Position numbers and translations under genes: made by a program
Shown here: piece after piece, positions 32,252-41,248 of the stretch
Numbering within the stretch: position 1 is the stretch's first letter
Layout of the letters: every line of letters begins with the position of its first letter
Origin: Pseudomonadota bacterium
GTDB lineage: Bacteria; Campylobacterota; Campylobacteria; Campylobacterales; Sulfurimonadaceae
Direction: 5' to 3'
DNA: 64,000 nucleotides
Assembly (NCBI GenBank): GCA_043797085.1
Contig: JAZDQA010000009.1
Coordinates: forward strand, 55,608-119,607
The notes under the pieces: model-generated
Told to the model about the DNA's origin: nothing
The model's input: only the letters and a program-made list of their open reading frames with translations
Database searches by the model: none

Positions 32252-33829
32252 GTGAATCTCTTTAGAACAATCAAATCGAAGTTTATTTTTAATCTCGTAG
32301 CCGCAGTAGGCGCAGTACTATTTAGTGTCATTGTAGCATATTTCATCGCTACCTCCTCTATCAAGGAGATTATGACAAGTGACCTCAATACGGTTGCCAA
32401 TGCACTGGAAAAAAATGTCAATTACATTTCTCAAATCAAACCGGATGCCTACCAAGACGAGGCATTTAAAAATGACATCAAAAGCATTAAAATCGGCAGC
32501 AGCGGTTACGTCTATTTTATCAATGCCGATGGTGTTATGACCATCCACCCAAAACCCGAAGATGAGGGTAAAAATAAAGCCGGTCATGACTACATCGACC
32601 ACATCCGAGCCGATAAAGCAGGTGGGATTTATGAGTATATCTCTGCTACGACAGGGCAGCACAAAATCGCCGCATACCGTTATATCAAAGATTGGGACAT
32701 GTGGGTTATTCCCGGAATTAACAAAGCCGATTATTTTGATGCGCTTCAAATAAGTTTCTTAAAATGGTTTGCTTTTTTGGGGAGCGTTTTAGTGAGTGTT
32801 TTAATCGCGATTAACTACATTTCAGGAACCAGCATTATTCGTCCTATCGAAGAACTCGATAAAGTTTCCTCTGATTTAGCCCATGGAAACGGGGATTTAA
32901 CGAAACGTCTTCCGATTTTAAATGCTAGAGATGAGATTGGTATTGCAAGCTCTTACCTCAATTCTTTCATTGATAAAATTCAACTCACTATTAACGACAC
33001 CAAGCAAATTACCTCTTCCGCCGTGGGTTCTACAGCAACACTCAACACCGCCGCAGCCAACTTGGCGCAACAATCTCAAACAACCAATACCATTGCACAA
33101 AACACGCGAACAACCGCATCTGAAATTCACCACTCCATCGAACAAAGTGTCTCTACAGCACGCAATTCTCTTGAAAACAATCAAAACAGTACGAACGAAC
33201 TTGAAGAGGTTCGCTCCATCGCCCATGCTATCACGCATGAAATTCACAACACGACCCAAATGAACAATGACCTAGAAGAGCGTTTTGCCCAACTCACCCA
33301 AGAGGCATCGAGCGTCAATGGAGTCCTTAGCATCATCTCAGACATTGCCGATCAAACCAATCTCCTCGCTCTCAATGCAGCCATCGAAGCAGCTCGTGCA
33401 GGTGAACATGGTCGTGGATTTGCCGTTGTAGCAGATGAAGTACGTAAACTCGCCGAACGTACGCAAAAAAGCCTTACCGAAATCAATGCCATTATCTCGG
33501 TTGTCATTCAATCCATCTCCGATTCATCCGACATGATGAGCACGAACAGTGAGAACATTGAACGTCTTGCCGAAAAAAGTTCCGAAATTGATATAAAAAT
33601 CGATGCAACATCTAAAGTCCTGCACAACAATGTCAATGTAAGTCGTCAAAGCGTGGAAGATTCAAAAGTGATGGCAAATAAAATCAATGAAATCATTTCA
33701 AAAGTTTCTGAAATGTCAAATCTCTCTCAAAAAAATCAAGATGACATTAAACAAATTTCTTACATTGCAGGTGAACTGTATGGAGCCGCAACCGATCTCA
33801 ATGCGAAGCTCGGACAGTTTAAGTCCTAA
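32252..33829 (+). CDS. Methyl-accepting chemotaxis protein (Cache sensor, HAMP)
   Basis: Two TMs, GYVYFI...IHP Cache motif, GDLTKRL...[38 protein letters not shown]. Confidence 0.95.
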   Translation: MNLFRTIKSKFIFNLVAAVGAVLFSVIVAYFIATSSIKEIMTSDLNTVANALEKNVNYISQIKPDAYQDEAFKNDIKSIKIGSSGYVYFINADGVMTIHPKPEDEGKNKAGHDYIDHIRADKAGGIYEYISATTGQHKIAAYRYIKDWDMWVIPGINKADYFDALQISFLKWFAFLGSVLVSVLIAINYISGTSIIRPIEELDKVSSDLAHGNGDLTKRLPILNARDEIGIASSYLNSFIDKIQLTINDTKQITSSAVGSTATLNTAAANLAQQSQTTNTIAQNTRTTASEIHHSIEQSVSTARNSLENNQNSTNELEEVRSIAHAITHEIHNTTQMNNDLEERFAQLTQEASSVNGVLSIISDIADQTNLLALNAAIEAARAGEHGRGFAVVADEVRKLAERTQKSLTEINAIISVVIQSISDSSDMMSTNSENIERLAEKSSEIDIKIDATSKVLHNNVNVSRQSVEDSKVMANKINEIISKVSEMSNLSQKNQDDIKQISYIAGELYGAATDLNAKLGQFKS

Positions 33830-33837
33830 GCTCATTT

Positions 33838-33846
33838 TGCTATAAT
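33838..33846 (+). promoter_or_regulatory. Extended -10 promoter (TGnTATAAT) for the BtuB-like operon
   Basis: TGCTATAAT matches the housekeeping-sigma extended -10; implies a leader of about 245 nt. Confidence 0.65.
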
Positions 33847-33884
33847 CCGCCACAATAAATAGATAAAAGGCGGATTAGACCAGT

Positions 33885-34049
33885 ATGCATGCACCTCGCG
33901 GGTTTGGTAAGAATTATTTTTCTCTTGTCGCTATCCAAGCGTATGCGTCCGAAATTCGCCTTCTTCAAAATATTACCCGTATTGAGCTTGTCGCTCCTAT
34001 TTGTCCTATCTATATCTACTCTGCTATTTCTCCTCCGCCTATCGATTAA
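33885..34049 (+). CDS. Candidate leader peptide (54 aa) ending ...SPPPID
   Basis: Manual translation MHAPRGFGKNYFSLVAIQAYASEIRLLQNITRIELVAPICPIYIYSAISPPPID*; below the ORF-track cutoff; SD (AAGG) weakly spaced. Confidence 0.45.
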   Translation: MHAPRGFGKNYFSLVAIQAYASEIRLLQNITRIELVAPICPIYIYSAISPPPID

Positions 34050-34096
34050 TTTTATTTTCGTCAAAACAAAAATTATTATAATCGTTAAGGATACCT

Positions 34097-35905
34097 ATGT
34101 TCAAACACACCCTTTCTATTGTTGCTTCTGCAACCCTTGTTGCCTCTCTGGGGGCTGATACGCTTTCACTCGAGCCTATCGTCATCTCCGCTTCCAAAAC
34201 CGAACAATCGCTCAAAGACACTACTGCTAACATCGATGTTATAACCTCCGATGAACTCGAAGAGAGACATATAACATCGGTTATTGATGCGCTAAAAACC
34301 CTCAGCAATATTCCGATAGCACAAAATGGAGGGATAGGGAGCCAAAGTTCCTTTTTTCTTCGGGGATTCAGCTCTGAAAACGCCGTCGTTTTAGTGGACG
34401 GTATCCGCTACAACGATCCGACTACCCCAAAAGGGCAAGCACAGTTAGAGCAACTTATGGTCAATGATATTGAACGTATTGAAATCATAAAGGGGGCACA
34501 AAGCGGTGTTTGGGGGGCGAATGCCGTCGCCGGAGTGATTAATATCATCACTAAAAAAGCAACCGAAAAACTACGTATAGGTGCAACAGCTGAATACGGC
34601 AGTTATGCAACCACTAAACTGGGTGCTAACATCTCCCAAAAAATCAATGCGTTATCGTACTATTTCGGGGCGAATCAGATCAAGACCAACGGCTTCTCTT
34701 CGATAACGCCCAAAGGGGAAAATCCCGAGGATTACGAAGCAGACGGTTATAAGAATGAGACGGTGAATGCAAAACTCAGCTACGATGTGACCCCATCCAA
34801 TACCCTTAATGCTCAATTTAATTTTATCAATGCTTCATCCCAGTACGATGCGTACGCTCAACCCAACAGTGAAGCCAACGAAATCCATCAAATCAACCGT
34901 TTGGGGAGCATCGGTTATATTCACCGCCTGAACTCTGAAGATTCGATTCAAGCGACCTACAGTATCTCTGATTTTGATAAAAAAGACCCCCTCGGATATA
35001 CCAAAGCATTTACAGGGACACACAAAGAGGGGACACTCCAAGGGAGCTATCATTATGCGCCAAACTCCTTTTTGGTCATAGGTGGCAATGTTCTCCATTC
35101 TAAAGATACTGTTAGTGCTAAAGAGCTTGATTCCAAAGGGTTTTTTCTAACGAATACGAACCGTTTGGACAATCTCATCCTTACCGCATCTATTCGTCAT
35201 GATACGTATGATATGTTTAGGGACAAAACAACCGGTAAGATTGGGGTCAAATATAATTTTACGGACGAGGTCTCTTTTAGCACGAATTATGGAACTGCTT
35301 ATCGTGTACCCTCACTGTATGAGATTATAAATATCCATCCCGATATTACTGCTCTCAATGCCGAAACGACCAAAAGTTTTGACGCAACAATGCAGTATAA
35401 ACATCTAAGTTTCACCTACTATAATAATCTCGTCGATAATCTTATCGGGTATGTCTCTGACCCCATTATGTGGTGGATCGGGGGATACACACAAGTTGAG
35501 GGAAAATCACGTTTTGAGGGGTATGAACTCGCTTATAAAAACACTATTGCAAGTAATCTCACATTAGACCTCGGATATAACCGTCTTTGGGCTAAAAATC
35601 AATACAATCAAGAGATTCAACGACGCGCAAAAGATACGGTTCGAAGTGCTTTGGATTATTATGGAATCAACAAAGTACATTTAGGGCTCAACGCACACTA
35701 TATCGGAACACGCTATGATGATCTTGCCAAAACCAAACAAACAGGACGTTATTCCCTATGGGGAGCGGTCGTGAATTATGATGCGACCGAGAGTCTCAGT
35801 TTCTATCTTAAGGGAGACAATTTGAGCGATAAACTCTATCAAGAAGTTGACGGATACGGAACTGCCGGACGAAGCTTCTATGTTGGTGCAAATGCTAAAT
35901 TCTAA
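34097..35905 (+). CDS. TonB-dependent receptor, BtuB-like (probable corrinoid uptake)
   Basis: Signal peptide, TonB-box region, plug (LRGF...VLVDG, IERIEIIKGAQS..WG..A.AGVINIITK), C-terminal NL.DK.Y...GY...GR...F; clustered with cobQ. Confidence 0.9.
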   Translation: MFKHTLSIVASATLVASLGADTLSLEPIVISASKTEQSLKDTTANIDVITSDELEERHITSVIDALKTLSNIPIAQNGGIGSQSSFFLRGFSSENAVVLVDGIRYNDPTTPKGQAQLEQLMVNDIERIEIIKGAQSGVWGANAVAGVINIITKKATEKLRIGATAEYGSYATTKLGANISQKINALSYYFGANQIKTNGFSSITPKGENPEDYEADGYKNETVNAKLSYDVTPSNTLNAQFNFINASSQYDAYAQPNSEANEIHQINRLGSIGYIHRLNSEDSIQATYSISDFDKKDPLGYTKAFTGTHKEGTLQGSYHYAPNSFLVIGGNVLHSKDTVSAKELDSKGFFLTNTNRLDNLILTASIRHDTYDMFRDKTTGKIGVKYNFTDEVSFSTNYGTAYRVPSLYEIINIHPDITALNAETTKSFDATMQYKHLSFTYYNNLVDNLIGYVSDPIMWWIGGYTQVEGKSRFEGYELAYKNTIASNLTLDLGYNRLWAKNQYNQEIQRRAKDTVRSALDYYGINKVHLGLNAHYIGTRYDDLAKTKQTGRYSLWGAVVNYDATESLSFYLKGDNLSDKLYQEVDGYGTAGRSFYVGANAKF

Positions 35906-35912
35906 AAATTTC

Positions 35913-35987
35913 TGCCACGAAGTGGCAAGCTTTAGCGTCTTATCGACTAGCGTAGGCAAAGAGATTTTATTTCTTTGGCGTTCTAAA
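35913..35987 (+). other. Multi-hairpin intergenic element between the receptor gene and the downstream membrane protein gene
   Basis: TGCCAC-GAA-GTGGCA and CAAAGAGA-TTTTA-TTTCTTTG hairpins, plus TTTAG/CTAAA pairing. Confidence 0.45.
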
Positions 35988-35990
35988 TAA

Positions 35991-36551
35991 ATGAAACTTC
36001 TTTTCCGTCCCTACCTCCGCTATAAATTTCTAAACGTCCTCTTCACCGGTATGGTGGGGGGATCGGTCTTTACGATCTATGCAACCCTTAGCCCCTCGAC
36101 GTTCTCGATCGGAGGGATACTCCTAGCACTAGGGATGATGGGGATGGCATACCTCTATCATCGTCTTATGAATATCCGTACTTTTTTCCGATTTACGCTG
36201 GCAACGGAACTTATCATGCTCCTTATGGTGGGGTATTATCTGTTGTTTTCTACCCATATTATGAGCGCCTTAATCATTTACGTTGCCTATCAGTTCTCTT
36301 TTATCTTCGGGGGATACTTGGTGCGCGCCGAAACCCATTTCGCCCGCCATGCACGGGTGATGGGGTGGATCGATGTCGCCAAACAGCAAGGTTCTCTCAC
36401 AGGGCTGGCACTCTCGTACGGATTTTACAAACTCATAGAACATTATGAAGTCATCAAAGCCTCAGAACAAGTCTATGATTTGCATTTTGTCCTGTTCGCG
36501 CTGGAATGCTTGATTATCCTCTCGTTGCTTCGCGCGTTTAGGAAAAAATAG
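35991..36551 (+). CDS. Hypothetical integral membrane protein (half-MFS-like)
   Basis: About 5-6 hydrophobic segments; adjacent to cobQ. Confidence 0.75.
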   Translation: MKLLFRPYLRYKFLNVLFTGMVGGSVFTIYATLSPSTFSIGGILLALGMMGMAYLYHRLMNIRTFFRFTLATELIMLLMVGYYLLFSTHIMSALIIYVAYQFSFIFGGYLVRAETHFARHARVMGWIDVAKQQGSLTGLALSYGFYKLIEHYEVIKASEQVYDLHFVLFALECLIILSLLRAFRKK

Positions 36552-37892
36552 ATGAAATCCATCTCCATTTTCGGCACCTCCTCTGATGCAGGGAAATCGA
36601 CTCTAACCTTTGTGATCGGAAAACTCCTCCAAGAGCGGGGGATCAGCGTCGGGGTGTTCAAAGCCCAAAATGTCTCCAACAACTCTCATGTCTGCGATGA
36701 TGGCTCTGAGATTGCCATCGCCCAGTATTTTCAAGCCGAGGTATTGTGTATCCCGACGAGTTATCATCTCAACCCCGTGTTGCTCAAATCGGGGCATGGT
36801 AACAGCGCCTCACTAATCGTAAAGGGGCGCGTCGTCGAGGATAAAGAGGTGCGGGAGTACTACCGTGATCTGGATTCTTTAAAACCCGCTGTAGATGAGT
36901 GCTTTGAGTATCTGAGTGAACGTTATGAGTGCATCATCTGTGAAGGGGCGGGGAGTCCCGTTGAGCTGAACCTGATGGACAAAGACCTCTCCAATATCTA
37001 CATTGCCGAAAAACAGGGTACGAAGATCATCCTCGTCGCCGACATCGAACGCGGAGGGGTTTTTGCTTCAATCTGGGGGGTGTATAATCTCCTCCCCGAA
37101 AAGTTGCGCGAAAATGTCATCGGGGTGATCGTCAACAAATTTCGCGGAGATAGAACCCTTTTTGATGATGGGGTGCGTATCATCGAAGAGCGCTTCGGTA
37201 TCCCCGTCCTCGGTGTCCTCCCCTATACCCCGCTCAACCTCGGATTCGAAGACTCCCAAAGCCTTAAAAATTTTGTCCAAAACAAACCCCATCCCGCGCA
37301 AAAAATCGGGATCATCAACTACCCCACGATGAGCAACTACAACGATTTCGAGCCGCTTATCGCCGATGAGACAATCGCAGTCGAATTTATCACCACTAAC
37401 ATCGCGTTAGAGAGTTTCGATCTCGTTATCCTTCCCGGAAGCAAACGGGTGATCGAGGATTTGCGGTGGCTCAAAAAAGTGGGTCTTTTCGATGCGCTCC
37501 AAACGAGACAAAAAGAGATACTCGGCATTTGCGGCGGGTATCAGATGATGTTTGAAATCATCATCGATGATGGGTGTGTCGAAACCTCAGAACCGAGTCG
37601 CGAAGAAGCTCTCGGATTTATCGATGATGTGATCGTATTTCAGCGGGATAAAGTGCTCAAAAAAGGGAAATATGAGATCTTTGGCCGCGCGATAAACGGG
37701 TTTGAGATCCATCACGGAGTGAGTGAAAAATATCCCCTTTTCTATGAAAAAAATCACATCAAAGGGACGTTTGTTCATGGACTTTTTGATGATGAGGTGT
37801 TTGAACGGTATAAGGAAAAAACGATTGATACGTTTATGGAGACGATGAGAGGTGAAATCGATGTGGAGAGGATACTGAAGCATGTCCTATAA
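36552..37892 (+). CDS. cobQ: Cobyric acid synthase
   Basis: GTSSDAGKS, FKAQN.SNN, EGAGSPVE.NL, DIERGGVFA, NKFRGD, GICGGYQM, HGLF motifs. Confidence 0.93.
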   Translation: MKSISIFGTSSDAGKSTLTFVIGKLLQERGISVGVFKAQNVSNNSHVCDDGSEIAIAQYFQAEVLCIPTSYHLNPVLLKSGHGNSASLIVKGRVVEDKEVREYYRDLDSLKPAVDECFEYLSERYECIICEGAGSPVELNLMDKDLSNIYIAEKQGTKIILVADIERGGVFASIWGVYNLLPEKLRENVIGVIVNKFRGDRTLFDDGVRIIEERFGIPVLGVLPYTPLNLGFEDSQSLKNFVQNKPHPAQKIGIINYPTMSNYNDFEPLIADETIAVEFITTNIALESFDLVILPGSKRVIEDLRWLKKVGLFDALQTRQKEILGICGGYQMMFEIIIDDGCVETSEPSREEALGFIDDVIVFQRDKVLKKGKYEIFGRAINGFEIHHGVSEKYPLFYEKNHIKGTFVHGLFDDEVFERYKEKTIDTFMETMRGEIDVERILKHVL

Positions 37893-38301
37893 GCAATGGT
37901 TCGATGCCCATGCCGCTAAACACGCCGCTATCATGGAAAAACTTATTTCTTTAAGTGCGTCAGAGGTAATCGAGTATTTTCGTTTTGAAAACATGGTGCT
38001 CAATGAAGCAGATTTTTGTCTTTTGTACGCTGAAAATAAAAAGTGTCATGAAACCAAACATCTCAACTGCTATTGGTGCGCGTGTCCACATTTTCGTTTT
38101 AACGACAAAGGGTTTTCAATGCAAGAAGGAAAAACACTTTACAGCATCTGCTCTATCGACTGCAAAGAGGGAAAACGCTTTCTCAGTGATACTGCTATCC
38201 ACCAAGATTGTACGAGCTGTTTAATTCCCCACCAAGAAAAAATTCTAAATAAAGATTTTAATCGTGATTGGCGGATAAGTATGGACAAAGCACCCTGCTA
38301 A
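37882..38301 (+). CDS. Cysteine-rich small domain protein (zf-like)
   Basis: C..Y....CH.....NCYWCACPH...DCTSCLIPH pattern; overlaps the cobQ stop. Confidence 0.75.
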   Translation: MSYKQWFDAHAAKHAAIMEKLISLSASEVIEYFRFENMVLNEADFCLLYAENKKCHETKHLNCYWCACPHFRFNDKGFSMQEGKTLYSICSIDCKEGKRFLSDTAIHQDCTSCLIPHQEKILNKDFNRDWRISMDKAPC

Positions 38302-38324
38302 ATTTTAACTGCTGTTATCGCGTT

Positions 38325-39446
38325 TTATTTTCCTTTTCTTTTTTTCTGTTCTTCGGCTAATAGCGCACTCAATACAGCAAATACTTCTTTGCTTGCTGAT
38401 TCAGCATCTTTAAAATAGCTCATAACATTCTTCGAATTTTCTCCGCATGTTCCTGATCTTACGCAATGAATCGCATCATGAATCCGATCATGTACCACTT
38501 TGTGAGGGGCTTCAAGCTTAGAATAACTAGGGGCTGACCCAAACACTTCTTTCCCGACTCCGCTATCATACCATTTACCCAAGCGGCATCCATGATGATC
38601 TGCAAATTCATCCTCTACACTATTTAAGAATACTGTTTTGTACCCTCTGGCTTTAAAGAGAAGATGATCCAGTTTTACGAGTACGATAAAGATTGAATAC
38701 AATACATCTTGTGAGTAATTATCGATGTCCACAGTACGAATATTTAACTCAGACAGTGAAGACTGAAAGCGGTTAAGCTTACTGCTGGACTCAGAAGACA
38801 TATTTTCCATTGTAGTAGAACGTTCATCAATCTCTGTTGCATTTTGCTTCAGACTTTGGACACTCATTTCAACTTCTTGCGTGGCTTTTTGAGTTCGTTC
38901 CGCAAGCTTTCGTACTTCATCCGCAACTACGGCAAATCCTCGCCCGTGTTCACCCGCGCGTGCAGCTTCGATCGCAGCGTTTAGTGCCAGCAAATTCGTT
39001 TGCTCTGAGATGTCTTTAATGAGGTTGATAATAGAGCTGATGGATTCTACACTGCTGCTAAGCTGAGAAGCTGAATTGTAATTATTGGAGATGTTGTCTG
39101 CTAATTTTTGTTGTGTATTAAGAAGATCTTTGATCTCATCATTGATTTCAATAGAAGATGCACGGTTGAGACGATTTAGCTCAGAAATCTCACCAAGTTC
39201 TTCCACATTCGTTCCAATGTCTTTTTGAAGAGTAGAAAGATCATGTTCTGAACCGTTAACGAGATTCTCGGTAAGTTCATGAATAAGAGTAAACATCACC
39301 TTATCATGACGTGCGGCAGTATTTTGCTCATTAAGTCGTTGATTTTCTTCCGTCATTTTTGCCATAGAGTCTTCAATCTCTGCCATTTTACGTTGTAATG
39401 TTTCATACTCATTAACTTTATCTAAATACCTTTTCTTATAAAACAT
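38325..39446 (-). CDS. Cytoplasmic chemoreceptor with C-terminal CZB zinc-binding domain (TlpD-like)
   Basis: No TM segments; MCP signalling core; DHLLFK, CRLGKWY and HKVVH zinc ligands. Confidence 0.92.
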   Translation of the reverse strand: MFYKKRYLDKVNEYETLQRKMAEIEDSMAKMTEENQRLNEQNTAARHDKVMFTLIHELTENLVNGSEHDLSTLQKDIGTNVEELGEISELNRLNRASSIEINDEIKDLLNTQQKLADNISNNYNSASQLSSSVESISSIINLIKDISEQTNLLALNAAIEAARAGEHGRGFAVVADEVRKLAERTQKATQEVEMSVQSLKQNATEIDERSTTMENMSSESSSKLNRFQSSLSELNIRTVDIDNYSQDVLYSIFIVLVKLDHLLFKARGYKTVFLNSVEDEFADHHGCRLGKWYDSGVGKEVFGSAPSYSKLEAPHKVVHDRIHDAIHCVRSGTCGENSKNVMSYFKDAESASKEVFAVLSALLAEEQKKRKGK

Positions 39447-39559
39447 TACTACCTCATCATCATTACAAATATTTATACATTATAACACGTGAAACTCAAA
39501 GTAAGGAGATGAATCACAGAAATAGGGTAAAATAAGCAAGTATATTGAGGAGGATATAA

Positions 39560-41248
39560 ATGCGTCTTGTTTTCATGTTGTTCACATTGCCATTTTTACT
39601 CTTTGCCAAACCGCTTCCATTGCTTTTTTCGGGTAATGAAAAAATTTCTTCCCGTGATTTGTACGATACACTTGGGCTCAGGCTTCCTTATGCCATTGAA
39701 ATATGGGAGGACAAGCCCTCTATAGACCCCTCTCTTTCATCTCAAAGCATCACTGCTCTTACTAGCTATTACCGAGCAAAAGGTTATTTTGGAGCTAAAA
39801 TAACTCCCGTTATCACCGATAATTCTATTACCTTTGCCATCCAAGAAAACGATCCCATTATAATTACCGACATTCAAATAAACAGTATTCTCGCTATCGA
39901 CAACGCCATCGAGCTTCGTCCAAATACCCTCTTTGATCAAGATAAATTTAGCACCTCAAAAATACAAATTAAAAAACGTTATCATGACGAAGGGTACTGC
40001 AACGGAACGTTTAATTCCAAAGCATGGATTGACATCGAAACACACGAAGCACATCTGCTGTTTGAGGCCACACCCAATGAACAATGCACCTTTGGACCAA
40101 TCCTTGTCGAATCTACCCCCAATATTAATGGCGCACTTGCCGCATCTATGCTTCGATTTGATGAGGGCGACCCATACAATCTTGAGGCGATACAAAAAAG
40201 CTACGAAGCACTCTACGCCCAAGAGTCGATTTCACGCGTCTCCATCAACGATACCGATCGCAATGGTAGCATCGTTCCAATCACCGTAGGACTTGAAGAA
40301 GTAGAAAAACCGATTCGATTCAGCGCGGGATTGGGTATCAGTAGCGACCAAGGTTTAGGGGGACAAATCGGTTTAAAACATCGTAACTTTTTTGGTAATC
40401 TCAAAACCCTCTCTCTGGAAGCAAAATTTACCGAAATCAAAAAAACAGCCGCCAGCGTCCTCTCGGTTCCCCTTTATAATCATCTTTTTGCATACGGCGA
40501 AGTCGGATATTCGGATGAACTGTTTGACGGATACCGATCTGAAAGTATTTTTGAAAAACTAACCCTAAAACACCAAGCCTACCCAACATCCATTCTCATC
40601 TCTTTGCTGTTTGATCAAGCCAAAACGTATGAGAGCAGCAATAGCGCTGAATTTCCCAATTCCAATCTTTTCATCCCCTCTCCTATGGCAGAAATCAATT
40701 TTGACACACGAGACAAACTCCTCGAACCGACAAAAGGCAACTGGATCAATGTCAAAGCGCAAGGCTCGATCTACTCCGGAATCTCGGATGCTACCTATTT
40801 TAAAACCCTCCTTGCAGGGGCGCACATAGAGAGTTTTGGGAAACATATCATTGCTGCGAGGATGCAATGGGGAGTATTGCGAACGTATGAGGGGGACGTC
40901 CCCAGCGCGTACCGTTTCTACGCAGGGGGAATGAACTCCAACCGAGCGTATACGTATCGTGATTTGGGACCCAAAGATTTCAATGGCAATCCTCTGGGAT
41001 TCAATTCCCTTCTTGAGGGGACACTTGAATACCGTTTTCCCGTCTATAACGCTATTCGCGGAGTTCTTTTCACCGATCTCACCTACGGTTCGGATAATTA
41101 TCTCCCTGACTACTCGACTCCCTATTGGGGCACAGGGATTGGGTTGCGCTATATTACCCCTATTGGTCCTATTGCTATCGATATGGGATTTAACCCCAAT
41201 GATTTTGGACAAAATGCGTTTCACTTTCGAATCGGGGAACTATTTTAA
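39560..41248 (+). CDS. TamA/Omp85-family outer membrane protein
   Basis: POTRA-like repeats (Y...GYF, GY), RFYAGG..S.RAY, GLRYITPIGPI..D, C-terminal IGELF. Confidence 0.88.
   Translation: MRLVFMLFTLPFLLFAKPLPLLFSGNEKISSRDLYDTLGLRLPYAIEIWEDKPSIDPSLSSQSITALTSYYRAKGYFGAKITPVITDNSITFAIQENDPIIITDIQINSILAIDNAIELRPNTLFDQDKFSTSKIQIKKRYHDEGYCNGTFNSKAWIDIETHEAHLLFEATPNEQCTFGPILVESTPNINGALAASMLRFDEGDPYNLEAIQKSYEALYAQESISRVSINDTDRNGSIVPITVGLEEVEKPIRFSAGLGISSDQGLGGQIGLKHRNFFGNLKTLSLEAKFTEIKKTAASVLSVPLYNHLFAYGEVGYSDELFDGYRSESIFEKLTLKHQAYPTSILISLLFDQAKTYESSNSAEFPNSNLFIPSPMAEINFDTRDKLLEPTKGNWINVKAQGSIYSGISDATYFKTLLAGAHIESFGKHIIAARMQWGVLRTYEGDVPSAYRFYAGGMNSNRAYTYRDLGPKDFNGNPLGFNSLLEGTLEYRFPVYNAIRGVLFTDLTYGSDNYLPDYSTPYWGTGIGLRYITPIGPIAIDMGFNPNDFGQNAFHFRIGELF

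Noticed and set aside
33850..34096. Canonical cobalamin riboswitch
   Set aside because: No B12-box or GGGAA/GCCACTG-type conserved elements are recognisable by eye.
33889..34158. 89-aa hydrophobic ORF overlapping the receptor start
   Set aside because: It runs out of frame into the receptor CDS, and its Cys-rich tail is a shadow of the signal-peptide codons. The 33885 frame fits the leader better, although this frame is not formally excluded.
40565..41224. Long antisense ORFs (e.g. 219 aa here, 190 aa at 56232-56804, 174 aa at 2143-2667)
   Set aside because: They lie fully opposite well-supported genes and show no motifs or SD; expected codon-bias shadows.
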